DNA of 64,000 nucleotides from Lama guanicoe (Eukaryota): the NCBI GenBank assembly GCA_013239625.1, contig MU053881.1:3226001-3290000 (forward strand). The letters are read 5' to 3'. Shown here piece by piece: positions 37,001-49,716 of this stretch. A program made the position numbers and the translations under genes. Position 1 is the stretch's first letter. Every line of letters starts with the position of its first letter. The notes beneath the pieces were generated by a model that made no database searches, was not told the DNA's origin, and saw only the letters and a list, made by a program, of their open reading frames with translations.

Positions 37001-40000
37001 GAGCTGGAAGCCTCCTCAAACTTTCCTTTCATGCCGTTTTCTTCAACTCATTTGCCCACTCCTACCTGCCTGCAGATGAGCATTCACAGGGACGAAAGGC
37101 ATTTAAGGACAACAAAAAATATTAGTGGGGAAACTTGACAGCACTTGATGAAGTATGCTTTTCCTCCGAGAGCCTAGTTGACAGCCAAGTGCATTCAATT
37201 TAGGTGAAGAAATTAAACATACTAATTTTCATTTTTTTTCTGCAAAGAGTGATGTATTCTCAGGCCCTCTGGCTTCTGAGTAAGCCTGAGGACCTTCGTG
37301 AGAGCCCTGGTCTCAGGGTAGCTTAAGGAGCCTTAGGAGTGGACCAGAGATTCTCTGAGGACCTGAATAACAGCACAGATTTCCTGCTTTTGGCCGTGCT
37401 GACTCCAAGCCCTGTGGCTGAGAGGTAGCTTGGCACACATCTTCTTAAGAGCTGCTCTAACCAACTCGACTTGGTTCGTGTTTCAAGGGCTGCCAATGGA
37501 TACAAATATATCTTCAGTAGAAATGATATCCACTTAAGAACTTTTGGAAATTTCTTTTCAGGATTTACAAGGACCAGATTCTTTCCCTTCTGATTCTCAT
37601 CACCTCCACTGTCACCGCCCTGGTCCAACCACCATCATCTCTTGACTGCGGTACTTGACAGCTTCCTGACCAATCACCAACCACCATTCTTGTTCCCTCT
37701 TCACTCGGCTCTCAGCACAGCACCTGGAGTCATGCAGTTAAAACCCAGGCTGGATTGTTCCACTTCCCTGCTCAAAGCCCTCCATGGCCTCCTACTCCTC
37801 AGACTAAAAGGCAGGGTTCCATCCAAATGCCTGCGGGGCCACCCACATCCATCTACTCCATCCTACTGTTCCCACCTCCTTCTCTCTCCTCCAGCTGCAT
37901 CTGCCTCCCTGTGACGTTTTCAGCACCCCAGGCATGCTCCCTGCTCTCCTGCTGTTCCCTCTGCCCCGTAACCACCTGGCTCCCTCCCTCCCATCGGTCC
38001 AGTCTACTTCCACCCCCAGGTCCCCCACTCTCTTGTCCCTCTTAGCCCTATTACCATCTCACATGTTTTACTTAATTTGTTAGTTTTCTGCCTCCCCCCA
38101 CTGACCCCCCTACCACCAAAGCAGCTTCCACCAAGGGGAGTGATTCTCACTGCAGTTGCTCACTGCTGCGCAAACGCTTGCTTGGTGGAAATGTACCGGC
38201 TACATGAGTAGATGACACGGTTCTACGCACCCATGCCGGGGGCAGCCATGAGGATCCTGGACACGACCACTTGTGTGATGGCTTGTTTGGCAGCGTTTGC
38301 CGACTCGCCCACGCGGTTCCCATTTTCATCTGTGACGGGAATGCCAACTTTGAGTTCCCTAGAGAGCAAGACAACGTGCAAAGAAGTTCACAGGTGCCTT
38401 CAGCAAACAGCTGGAAACAGCTATAAAAGACCGAGTCCTTCCCTGATCCAAAAATCCACTCCGGTGACATTTTTGGCAAGAAACAAGTCTATTTTTAGAT
38501 ACCACGAATGAGTTTAATCCTCATGTGATAGACACGAAAGTAGAAGGACACTAGTAAACTTGGTCAGAAAAGGGCGTAGCATTTTCAGTAACACTACGAC
38601 TTAACGAGTGAATAGGCCAGATAAGGCTAATGTCTACACTTGTGTGCAAACTTGAGTAATTTTCCAAATGCGAGATGGATATCATACGTGGCATCATTAA
38701 GCAAGCTCACGATACTGACACGATACTGACACAGGGGTCATGAGTACACGGTGCTACTGGATTTTTAACTATGGTCACTAACACTATAATTACAGCTCCT
38801 ACTGTTACCCTGTTTTTCGTTATCCATTCCAAAATGCTTTTTCTCATTCTTTCTTCTCCTTTAATTTTTGCCAGTTCTAAAAAAATACTTCCAAAGATAT
38901 AGATTAATATTATTTTAAACCCCAAAAGAAAATTTGGGGGGAAGGGAAAAAAACCTCTTTTAGAGAAAAAGTCGTACGTAGCCGTTAAGTTTGAGATGTA
39001 TTTTTTAAAACTTTTTATTACACAGAAGTAGAAAGAGCATTCTAACCCCCTTGGGCCCAGCAGCCTGCTTTGATAACTAGTAACTCATGGGACCCTAATG
39101 ACCTCATCTACAAAACAGAAACAGACTCTCAGACTAGTAAACAGTCTTCCAGTTACTCGGGGAAAAGGGGCGGGAAGGGATTAAACTTGGCAGTTTGAGA
39201 TTTGTAAATGTTAACCACTATAAAAATTGATTAAAAAAATTTCTTCTGTATAGCACATGGAACTATATTTAATATCTTGTAATAGTCTTTAATGAAAAAG
39301 AATATGAAAATGAATATATGTGTATATATATGCATGACTGGGACATTGTGCTCTACACCAGAAACTGACACATTGTAACTGACTATACTTCAATTAAAAA
39401 AAAAAACTGTAACTCATGGCTAAGCTTGTTTTATCAGTAGACCCAGCCTCACCCCCAACATCAGATTATCTGGAAGCAGAAATCCCAGATCTCATATAAT
39501 TTCATCTGCAAATATTAAAATTAAAAAAAAATTAAAGTTTCAACAAAGCAAAGTATTATAAGGGCCCCCTACCGTCAAGGGCGAGTCCTCTCTTAGACTG
39601 TGTATTAACCTTACCTTTGCCTCATTAACGGAATATTAATGCAATTAGCAGCAGCTACCGCAGCGAAGGGAACAAAACGTCCTATGAGCGGAGAGACGTG
39701 CTGCAGAAAAGACAATTCCAAGAGCAACATCTTATTTTTCCCACAGGACTAAATGGAAATACTTCTTCCTTCTCCAAAACGGCTGACCAGGCAAAGTCCC
39801 ATTTGGGCAGAACCTCAGGGCCAAGAGCACTTTCAAAACTTGTTTCCCGGAGGTATTTTTATATTTCCGGCATGGTCACATGGGGATAAGGCAGACTTCC
39901 AAGATATTTTGATGGCTTCGTGTGGATGATGGAAAGGGGGGCTTTGCAGTCCCTGAGTCTTGGTTTCAGAGGCTGACTCCACCTCTCAGAGATGTGGCCG

Positions 40001-43000
40001 GAGGCACGCAGCCCAGCACGCAGCCCCCAATAGGCTGTTCGCGTGGGTGAGCATTTAGCCCATCACACACAGGGCCACGTACAGACCAGGGCCCTGGCTG
40101 ATCTTATTAGTGACCCCCCGCTTCCCAAGCTTATGGAAGATAGACTTAAAATATGCCGTTGAAGATAATGATGGTAAGAAGACCATCACAGGACTTGAAC
40201 CATTTTGAGAAATAACAGAGGGACTTAAAGAGTCAGCAGGTGAGAACTAAGAAGCTTTGCTATGGAAGCAGAAGCCTGAGTACCTTAGTTAGCGCGTTGA
40301 GTCCTAGAGCCGTTGCCACTGCACCTGTGGTGGCAGAGACGTACGCTGTCCCCAGTTCGCTGAAAAGAAGGAAAATAGTACGTGAACAACGAGGGAATCT
40401 CAGGACACCCAAGTCCAACACTTTGGGAAAGAGCATGATTAAGAATGGAGATTCAAGGGAGTGGGTATAGCTGAGTGGTAGAGCCCATGCTTAGCATGCA
40501 CGAGGTCCTGGGTTCAATCCCCAGCATCTCCATTAAAAAAAAATTTAAGAAAAATGGAGATTCCACAAAACAACATTCATTATCACTCCACAAGTAGAGA
40601 TACTCATAGAAAAAGCAAGCAGAGCTGCACAAAAATGGCATTCTTCACATATACCCTAACTACAGTGCCACCCAAGTAGACATACTAGAATATGTATGGT
40701 GGGGTGGGGTGGGGTGGGGTGGGGAAGGAGGGGGGCCGGATCGCAGGAAGCTGCAAACGAGGGGAAATGCATATTGGTCTAAATGTCTGGAGCGTATTTG
40801 CTCAAATAAGAATTATTCTCAAAATATCAATACTGAAAGTAAAAATGCAGTGCTGTCCTTCTTAAAACGACATCTTATTGTATAAAAATACTGTCTCATT
40901 CTGAAAAGGCAGCGAAGCCCAAGCAGTCCTCTCTCGTTTCAAAATAAATTTTAATTCAAGGATCGGGCGAAATGAAGGTGTGATAGGCGTGGCTGGGTTG
41001 CAGATGTCAACACCCTCTGTTCCCTAGGATGGTAACAGACGGACACGGGCGGTCAAAAGCACTTTGCGAGTTAAAATGAAAAGGAAAACACTTTGAAGTG
41101 TTACACAAGTTAGGCTAAAAGGTTTGGTGAACTGATCTCTCTAGACTAGCTAAACTTTTTTTTTTTAAACGAGAAGTAACATTTTAAATCCATTCATTTT
41201 CTTTTGGGCTCCATAGATGACCTATTTTAAAGACAAATCAGATACAAAAGTCCCCTTGGTTTCCGCAGAGATCACACTGTGCGGCCGCTACTCCTGACGG
41301 CCGGCTTATCTGTCCACGCGAACAGCGTAGACTGCAGGGGGTTACAAGTGGCCGCTCCCTACATTCTGTGAGCTGCCCGCTGTGTGCTGTGCGGGGGATG
41401 GTGGGGAAGGAGCCCCAGGGTGTGGGGGGCTTATCCCCCTACCAGTACCACCAACAGCATAACGGACAACCCCCGAGCAAAAGCAGGCTGCAAAAAACCT
41501 GTCATCTTGATAGAAAGGGAGGAAAAGAAACACTTCTGAAAAATATGCTCCCTAAGGCTCTGAACAATGTGGACACTTGATACAGAGAGACTCTTTTAAA
41601 CAGGAGAGCATGGCCACTGAATCAAATGAGCAGAGGATGGTCACGTCGAACGGTCATACTTCACAGTGAGGGGCGCGTCTCCGCTCCTGTTGGTGTAGTT
41701 GACCACGGCGTTGAAGGACTGGTTAATCCACTGCCAGAACAGCACGGCCGGCGTGGTCCTAGAACAGAGCGACCTGTCACACGCCCACCGCCGCTGGGAC
41801 CCCGGCACCGCGCACGACATGAAAGGGCAACACCAGGAACCAGAGGGTCAGAGAAGGGAGAACGCTGGGTCCAAGGCTTAGGATCGCTGGGGCCGGGCAG
41901 AATTTAAAGCTGTCTGCCTCTTAGTTCCCTCATTTGCTAGAGGCGGGCAGCAACAAACTCAGTGGGTTACGGGCAGAATGGAGTTAATGGAGTTAAATTT
42001 TATCTTCAGTCTCTAAAGAGCCTGGCAGAGAGTAGGCACTCAATTAATGTCAGGTCCCTCCTCTTGGGGAAAAAAGCCATTTGCAGGCTAAGTTGTTCTG
42101 GTCCCTCCTCACCGCATGTGGAAGCCTAGATGTCTGCACCCACACCTATACTTACACCCGTATCATAAGAATGGATTAAAAGGAGAATTTGCTTAGAGGC
42201 TCTTTTTATTTTCTTTCTCATTTTCTTCTGGGTCTAAGATTTAGGGAAAAACTCAACCTCCTTTGAGCCACAAGGAGAGTAGCTTTCGTCAGAAGGAAAC
42301 AGGAAAACAAGCCCCTAGACCTACATTGATACAAAATGAAACTCCCCACGAAATGATACTTATTTCAAGAAAACAACTCACATACAAAGACGTACTTTAA
42401 GCTTCTGTAACATAAAACAAACTGACTGCTGTCCCGTTGCCATAACTTGCCTGTAAAAGGTCATCATGCAGCCTGTGATGGTCATGTTCATCGGGACCTG
42501 GGCTGACATCCTTCCAATCAAAATCATCTTCTCTCCGGTGTCGGGATGAAAAGCTGAATCGTAGATGTACTTCGCTCTCCACAATTCATTTTCTGTAAGG
42601 CCCGGAGGAACGATTCCCTGTCTGGAAAGACAATAGCAAACAACATGGCAGGTGTCCATTTCGGAGACCTCACAACTGCTCCAGGAACAGGCAGCTAGAA
42701 GGTTTTCAAGTTTAAATTTACCTCGAACATCTGTGCCCAGATGGTGTGACCAATCTATTCCGTAGAGTCAGTGAAATTTTAATAGCCGATACTACACAAT
42801 AAACACTTAAAATGGGCATTTCTCAGGGTCCAGCAGCAAAGTTTACAGACCGCCCTGGGTGTCCTCCCTGACTCCCCACGTGACAGTCAAACATGGCACG
42901 TTTAGGCTCAGGGCTCCCACTTAAACCAGTTCTCAGCTTTTGCCCAACTCTCCCCAAGAGCAGGAATCAGCAAACTGGCTGTGGCCTGTACACTTTGTTA

Positions 43001-44461
43001 GCTAAGAGTGGTTTTTATATTTCTTAAAGGATTGTAAAACAAACAAAAAGCCCTGGAAAACAAACAAAAAACCCAAGTTAGGAAGAATATGCTATGTTCT
43101 GCAGAATAAGACAGAAACCCTTTATGGTCCACAAAAGCCTGGACTATTTCTTACATGGTCTTCTATCAAGAAAGCTGCGCGTCCACCAACAGATGAAGGG
43201 ATAAAGAAGATGTGGTATAGATACACAATGGAATACTACTCAGCCATAAAAAGAATGAAATCTCGCCATTTGCAACCACATGGATGGACTTGGAGGGTAT
43301 TATGCTGAGTGCAGTAAGTCAGACACAGAAAGACAAATACTGGATGATACTACTTATATGTGGAATCTAAAAAATATGACAAACTAGTGAAGATAACAAA
43401 AAAAGCAAACTCACAAATATAAAGAACAAACTAGTGTTACTAGTGGAGGGGTGGGCATTACAGAGGTGGGGGAGTGGAAGGTATAAACTACGGGGTGTAA
43501 GACAGGTTACAAGGATGTGCTGTATAACATGAGTAACAGAGCCAATATTTTGTAATAACTGTAAGTGGAGTGTAACCTTTAAAAATTGTATACAAATTTT
43601 CTTTTTAATTAAAAAAAAAAAAGTCGGCACCACTGTCTTAGAGCATATTTCTTCTCCCGCCTCATGCCTGGCCCTTTGAGCTGAAGGAGTCCATCCCAAA
43701 CCCATAAATCCTGCCATCAGCATCCTTCCCGTCTGAGAGCCCACCTGTGGGGTTTATTCATTGGGGTTTTATCTCAGAAGCAACCAACCTACCCTAATTT
43801 GTGACAACTTGCTTTTTGCATGATGTTGTCTCCATCTGGAGACAGAAAGATGTGGATGCAGGGGTGGCTGTACTGGAGAGCAGGAGGCAGGGAGCTAGGA
43901 GAGAGGACCTCACAGATTGGTACCCATGAATCGGAGGGGTGGCTGTCTTATTTTCAGGTTATTACAAACCCTGGGGGGGAGCGTAGAGCTCGGTGGTAGA
44001 GTGCATCTTAGCGTGCATGAGGTCCTGGGCACCAATCCCCATTAAAATAAATAAACCTATATACCTCCCCCCAAAACAAAACAAAACAAAACCCCAAAAA
44101 AGAAACAAACCCTGGATATTTGTGTTAAGGGTCAGCAATGGGGGATAAAACACGTCTTCCTATTTCTTACTTTTTTTTTGTAAAAATAATTGCAAAAAAA
44201 AATGTTGAAAAATCACTAAGGGAAGGTTTAAAGACAACAGGCTAACATGATGACCCATTACTGTGTTAAGTCAAAAAAGCGTAATTGCTAACATTACCTG
44301 TAATCATGCACCACTTTTCTTGCATCCTCTAGCTGCTCATTGGTTAAGAGAATATTCCTGGGGTCAGTCACAGTGAAGAAATGATTGGCTCGTCCAACAA
44401 AAGTGCTTTGATCCCATCGGGGCTCTCTGATGTTAATGTTTGGTGGGAGTTCTCCAGACAT
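24944..44461 (-). CDS. SFXN1: Sideroflexin-1, spliced CDS join(44298-44461,42451-42621,41660-41758,40284-40359,39615-39700,38231-38358,35949-35998,29433-29482,28792-28839,24944-25040), 322 aa
   Basis: Exon lengths 164+171+99+76+86+128+50+50+48+97=969 nt splice in frame from [21 protein letters not shown] to [12 protein letters not shown]. The product contains the sideroflexin HPDTGE motif and closely matches mammalian SFXN1 as I recall it. All acceptors are AG; donors are GT except one GC. Confidence 0.98.
26200..27400. mobile_element. Degraded old L1 fragments in the SFXN1 last intron (both orientations)
   Basis: CATTTCTAGGAATTCGTCCATTTT... (L1 on the minus strand) followed by AGAATGGATAATTGTGGTGTATTCATACAGTGG (L1 on the plus strand). 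Confidence 0.6.
28792..28839 (-). CDS. SFXN1: SFXN1 coding exon 9
   Basis: Acceptor tttttaag|C; encodes [15 protein letters not shown]; donor AG|gtatgt. Confidence 0.96.
29209..29335 (+). mobile_element. tRNA-Ala-derived SINE (vic-1-like), antisense to SFXN1
   Basis: Near-intact head with AGC anticodon arm, A-rich tail, degenerate TSD TGTATCCCA/TGTGTCCCA. Confidence 0.9.
29433..29482 (-). CDS. SFXN1: SFXN1 coding exon 8
   Basis: Acceptor caacacag|AGG; encodes [16 protein letters not shown]; donor TG|gtgagt. Confidence 0.96.
31190..32370 (-). mobile_element. Old L1 (L1MB-like) 3' region
   Basis: ACATACAATAAACTGCAC...GATCCCTAGGAGTGAAATGGCTGGGTCACATGGTAAG...TATTCTGGATACAAGTC. Confidence 0.8.
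35949..35998 (-). CDS. SFXN1: SFXN1 coding exon 7
   Basis: Acceptor ccttccag|CC; encodes [16 protein letters not shown]; donor AAG|gtaagt. Confidence 0.96.
37590..38110 (+). mobile_element. L2 fragment
   Basis: CACTGTCACCGCCCTGGTCCAACCACCATCATCTC...CCTGCTCAAAGCCCTCCATGGCCTCC. Confidence 0.7.
38231..38358 (-). CDS. SFXN1: SFXN1 coding exon 6
   Basis: Acceptor ctctctag|G; encodes [42 protein letters not shown]; donor G|gtgcgt. Confidence 0.96.
39091..39406 (+). mobile_element. 5'-truncated young L1 with poly(A) and TSD
   Basis: TSD GTAACTCATGG (39080-39090, 39409-39419); ends ACTATACTTCAATTAAAAAAA. Confidence 0.9.
39615..39700 (-). CDS. SFXN1: SFXN1 coding exon 5
   Basis: Acceptor ttctgcag|CAC; encodes [28 protein letters not shown]; donor AG|gtaagg. 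Confidence 0.96.
40284..40359 (-). CDS. SFXN1: SFXN1 coding exon 4
   Basis: Acceptor cttttcag|C; encodes [25 protein letters not shown]; donor AAG|gtactc. Confidence 0.96.
40457..40550 (+). mobile_element. tRNA-derived SINE (vic-1-like), antisense to SFXN1
   Basis: Intact head; TSD core AATGGAGATTC on both sides. Confidence 0.92.
41660..41758 (-). CDS. SFXN1: SFXN1 coding exon 3
   Basis: Acceptor tgttctag|G; encodes [32 protein letters not shown]; donor AA|gtatga. Confidence 0.96.
42451..42621 (-). CDS. SFXN1: SFXN1 coding exon 2
   Basis: Acceptor tctttccag|A; encodes [56 protein letters not shown]; donor AG|gcaagt (GC). Confidence 0.96.
42961..43635 (+). mobile_element. MER58-like DNA transposon interrupted near its end by an L1 3' fragment (~43180-43622)
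   Basis: CAGGAATCAGCAAACT...AGCTAAGAGTGGTTTTTATATTT...; the L1 part reads GTCCACCAACAGATGAAGGGATAAAGAAGATGTGG...poly(A). Confidence 0.75.
43975..44104 (+). mobile_element. tRNA-derived SINE (vic-1-like), antisense to SFXN1
   Basis: Perfect TSD ACAAACCCTGG (43964-43974, 44105-44115); B box partly deleted. Confidence 0.9.
44298..44461 (-). CDS. SFXN1: SFXN1 first coding exon (exon starts 44470 with 9 nt of 5'UTR)
   Basis: Acceptor ccctccacag|TCCAGGACG ATG; encodes [55 protein letters not shown]; donor AG|gtaatg. Confidence 0.97.
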
Positions 44462-47400
44462 CGTCCTGGACTGTGGAGGGTCAAACAGATAAGCCTGCTC
44501 AAGACTTACAATGTCACTGTACATTTAGAAACTCTGTATTCACACTAATCTTCAAAGAAAGAGTTAAGTACATTCCTAGTTACAAAAATAACTTTGCTAT
44601 AAACGGCAGAAAGACGTTCTAAATCCAAAGCTACATTTGTCTGTAAATCTCAATGAAGCTTCATCAAATTTCAGTAATTGTCTCATGCACTTCTTTTTAT
44701 AAGTACACAGTATCTCATCATCCCTTACTTTTGGAAATCTATAAATACTTTAGGGAAAAAATAACAATGTAAAAAGTTAAAAATAACATTCATAGTAAGA
44801 GGGTCTGAAGTTCGAAACCCTTTTTCTGGATGAAATAACCAACCAACGTCAAACTACTGTCGCCTTCTGGTTTACTAAATTTGTTATTCCTACGAGTAGA
44901 AGTGACTCATTATGCAAAAAGGGCTCACACGCTAAAAATTCTACAATTAAAAAAAGATGCAGATTCATTCAGCCTTATTCGGCATATAAACTACCAATCA
45001 AAAATGAAAAATTCTGTTCTTTAATCTAATGGGGTCATAGTGGGAAAAACACATTTTGACAACCCTATGAATGGTAATGGCATGGTGCATGTAATTTTCC
45101 TTACAAAATACTTATTTTCTGGCTAAGAACCATGACTCTTTTCCCAAAAGTAACTAATATCTTTCTCTGAGTAACACATGCTTATTTTTAGAATTGCTCT
45201 GTATTGCTGTAACACACGTTTATTGTAGTATTTTGAATAATATAAGCTTATTGTAGGAAATAAAGAAGAAACAAAATCTGCTATAATTCAGCCACGCTTG
45301 AAATAACCATTGTTGACATTCTGGTATATTTCCTTGCAGACATTTTCTATACATATTATCATTTAATTAAAAAAAATAAAGTTGCCATCATATTCTGTAC
45401 TTTAATATCCTAATTGTTTCTTGCACTTATTTCAAGAGCATTCCCTACGGCACAGAATATTCATTTTGGGTATTTAGCAACACCTACAATGCTTATGTTC
45501 CTTTCAATTTGTCGCCATGATAACGAAAGCTGTATCCTTGTCTACTAATCTTTTTCCTTGTAGATGGTGACTTCCTTGAACTAGAATCTCTCTATATGCT
45601 ATGAGCAGGTCAAAGGATCTTCTCTCCCTTAAGGCTTCAAACCATTGCTTTCTTGTACCTGTTCCCTTTTCTTCCAGTTCTAATAATGGTTCTAATAGTG
45701 GCTTTCTTTTCCAGGTCATTTTTCATTATCTTTCAGTGCTTCACTAGTTCGTAGGTGTGTTAGATGTCAGGTGCAGAGGCCTGTCACCTGTACTTCATCA
45801 GAATCTCAAATTAACACACGTCATGGCCCACTGGGTCAAAGTCGTGTGTCAGGTCCACAGACGTGAGGAAACGAGATTCCTACGTGAAACTGAAGCAGCT
45901 GGTCAGTGCGAGTGAGAAAGTCAAAAATCAGCCCCAGCACTCATACAGCAGGCTGGGAAGACGCACACACACAAACTCAGCTGTGCAGTCAGTGGGAACC
46001 CATGTTTCTCCCAGCGTCACGATGCAGCTGTCAAGTGTCAGGACAATCCCCTTCCCTGGGTGACCACCGCTTTCTCATCTCGCTGAGAAACCTGGTTCTC
46101 CACAACTGCAGACTGTCAGAAACTCTGCTGTCTGAAATCGTGCCAGGAAGAATGGAACATCCCACTCTTGACACAGCAAAGGAGCCTCCGTTTCCAGGCC
46201 AGGTGCGGAGTACCTGATGAGGGAGTTTCTGGATACATTACAAGTCTTGTTAACTTTGCAGTTTCCAAGGAAACAGGGCCATGGGGCTACCTCACAGTCC
46301 AGATCTTTACACCCAGCCCTGCTTTGAGCCCATCAAAATATTGCTTCATTATACTTCCCTCCTCGGGGCACTGTCCCTTCCCACAAAGCCGCCGGCACAG
46401 ACTGGTGGTTCCAACCAACGGAACACACTGCAATCACCTGGAAAACGTCTGAAAAAGACACACACTGTCTTTCTTCGGATCCAGGAGGTCTAGCATGGGA
46501 TTCTGCAGGCGCCCTGGGTGCAGAGCTCCAGCTCCCTCTGCATGAAGCTGGGGGCTGCTTCCTTCCCTACATCTCTCCCTGCTCTGCCTACGCCTTCCCT
46601 CAGGCCTGGGCAATCCGCAGTGCCCCCCAGGGGATATCTGATACAGATTTTTTGTCTCATAAAATTCAGTACCAAGTATCTTTCTTCCCTTTAAGGTATA
46701 ATTCTCACTCTCACCATTCATTCCCCCTTTATACTTCATGTATGCAACAAAAAATTTTTTAAATGTAGCTTTCATAGAGTTCTCAATAACAAACCATCTC
46801 CAATCTGTTAAACAGAAGGCAAACTTTAGGTCAAGTCATCAAAACATGATCTGGTTTTATAACATGGTACTTTATAAAATAAAACTGTTCTAATTGCATA
46901 AGAGCTGGGTAGGGCCTTAAAATCGATCTACCCACTGTGCTGATCACACAGATGAGGAAACAGAGGCACAGAGCGGGAGGCATCTTGTCCGGGTTGGGCC
47001 ACGGGCGCTGGCAGCAGAAGGAGGTTGGGGACGACCCAAAGCCAGACTGGATTCCTGGGCACTGGTCAGCCAGTTCACTCTTTTGACTACATTATTCCCT
47101 TTTAGCTACTTCCCTCTTTCCCAACAAAGTATATCAACTGATGTCTGCACAGAATCGGTAGCTTTGAGGCCCTCCTTTTTCCTTTTAAATGAAAAAGTGT
47201 CCACTCACATTATGAAGTTCTGCACCAAGATAACCCAATGGTGACTGTGGAGGCCCCACAAGGTCTCCTCCGGCAGGAGGAGCAAAAGCAGACAGACGGG
47301 AAAGGAACCCCAACATTTCTGGAGTTTCTGTTACATACAAGGAACTGGGCTAGATGCTTGCCAAAAGTGCAAGCTCCTACTATGTGCCAGCGGCAGCACA

Positions 47401-47602
47401 TTCTGTGTCAGTTTTCACAACGGTGTGCTTTATGCCTACCATGCACCTTTAACAGGAGCGGGAAGTGCGATTCTGAGATGTCACTCACAAGCACCCCTTG
47501 GTGTACCCAGCTTAGGGAGGAAACCAGCTTACCTCCAGCCTCCAGGTGAAGCCCACCAAAACCCCAACACTGGAAGCTCACATGGTCCATTCTGCACAGA
47601 CC

Positions 47603-48042
47603 TGCGGTGGGCAGAATTATGGCTCCCCAAAGACGTCCAGGCCCCAGTGCCCACAGACCCTGAATATGTCACCTTACATGGCAAAGGGACTTGGCTAGTG
47701 TGATTAGGTTAAGGGTCTTGAGACTAGGAAGCTAGCCTGGATTATTCAGGGGGGCCTGATACCAGCACAAGGGTCCCTACAAGAGAGAGAGGGAGGCAGG
47801 AGAGGCAGTCGAGAAGCAGAGGGGAGGTCAAGGACAGGTTGGGCTGGTGCGGGGCCACCAGCCAAGGAAGGCCATGCCCTCTGGAAGCTGGAAACAGAGT
47901 GGAAACAGGTTCTCCCCGGAGCTTCCAGAAGCAACACAGAACCAGTTTTTAGACTTCTGACCCCTAGAGCTATAAGACAATATACATTTATTCTAAGGTA
48001 TGACATTTGTGGCAATACGTTAAGTAGCAATAGGATGTTAAC
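47603..48042 (+). mobile_element. MaLR LTR (MLT1C/D-like)
   Basis: TGCGGTGGGCAGAATTATGGCTCCCCAAAGA...GAATATGTCACCTTACATGGCAAAGGGAC...TAGCAATAGG. Confidence 0.8.
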
Positions 48043-49594
48043 ACAGCACTGTTTTCCGTACTTAAAAAGGACCTTAATGGAACTAGACACGGACGTAAGA
48101 AATACCAACTAGATGGGACAGCCTGTCCCCGCCCCCGCCAATTTCAAAACCTTTACAAAGGCTAATCAGGAATGCCATAACAACAGTCTCACAGAGACAG
48201 CTGATCTCAAAGCAGACACGATTCTAATTATTAACTATGAATCCCATGTTCCAATTAGACAAGCATTTTCACACATGAACCTTCAAGCACAGGAACAGTT
48301 TTTACTTTTTTCCACTCCAAGTAACCAGTTTCTAACCATTAGGAGTCCTAGTTTTATTGGCTGCCATGCCCGGATCCCTGGGGCCTGTCCCCTTTCCGCC
48401 CCACTGACTGCTGGGGCTTGGGGGTCCTGGTCACTTGGTCGGAGGTCTGCAGCATCCCGGGAGCCCATCGGCTGGCGGGCGGCCTTGGATGCTGCAGTCC
48501 GTGCTTAAGGGTTTCCACCCTGCACACTCGGTACCAACCGACCCCAACCGACGGATGGAGGGGTGAGCCGGGCTGTGAGGCAAGGGCCGCAGCCGGCACC
48601 TTCTTGGCAAGAAAGCCGCGTCCCCAGGATGGTAGGGGAAGAATGGATTTGGCGTCCCCCTGGTCGGATTTATGCAGAAAAAGCGCAGCCATCCTTGAAC
48701 TTGCCGGCCATGAACTTTCCTCCCTCTGTCCCCACTAAGGGTGAAACTGGTCAGAGACCAGACACTTTTTCAGTGTTCTTAAGCACCGCTAACCACGCGG
48801 TTCTGACAGATTTCAAGACAGGGGATGGTGACAGTTTTTCAAGTGCTTCTCAACGAGGAATTTCTGCAGAGGACACTAGGGAAGTCAATCTGCTGTGCTG
48901 CCCTCAGGATGACACTGGGGACAGCACGAAGGATTGCAAAGCCACAGTGGCTCAAAAGACAGTTTCAGAGAACAAGATACATCTTCCAATTGCAGAGGTG
49001 GCAGGAATAAGGGAAAATGCTACATCTCAAGGGGACAGACTGCACGGGACGCCGAAGAGTGTGTGCTAGAAGGTGAGTTTATCAGCTTTACACCCCAAAC
49101 AAGTGAAAGGTGCCCTGGAGGGACTCCGAAGACACCAGTGGGAGGATCTTCTCTTTGACACATCTACCTGAGGCTTTGACAGTTAAGCAGAATGGCTGAA
49201 ACAGCTTCAGAAATTCAGAGAGGCCATGGAAGGAGAGGCGGGAAGGGTGGAAACATCACAGATACTGACAGACTAAGTGAGGAGCTCCCCAGGAGAATTT
49301 TACTAACCAGGTACCAGCTGGTTTAACAACCGCAGGTGGTCAACTGCAAAATGTTACGGCTGACACAAAATCCTACCAGCGGACTTCTGATGTCAACAAA
49401 TTCAGTATCCATGATTTGAAGAAATGATGGAATCGGGGTTGTAGAGAAGCAGAGGAGGCTGGAAGAGTCTGGAACAGAGAAATTAAGAGGAACTGACTGG
49501 TGAAAGGAGGTCTCTGTATATTTAAATGGTTATAATGAGGCCTCCTGACACTTGGCCAATTGGGGTATTAGTTCTGACTTAAGAATATTTTTCA

Positions 49595-49716
49595 GGGAGG
49601 AGGGTGTAGCTCAAGAGTTCAAGAGCACATGCTTAGCATGCATGAGGTCCTGGGTTCAAGCCCCAGGACCTCCTCTAAAAATAAATAAATAAACCTAATT
49701 ATCCACTCCCTCCAAA
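49595..49716 (+). mobile_element. tRNA-derived SINE (vic-1-like), antisense to SFXN1
   Basis: TSD AAGAATATTTTTCA (49581-49594) / AAGAATCTTCTTCA (49717-49730). Confidence 0.9.

Noticed and set aside
44462..44524. Apparent N-terminal extension [21 protein letters not shown] of SFXN1
   Set aside because: It runs through the splice acceptor at 44471-44472, so it is intronic.
48563..49069. 168-aa + strand ORF in intron 1
   Set aside because: Non-ATG start, no domain similarity and no exon-like context.
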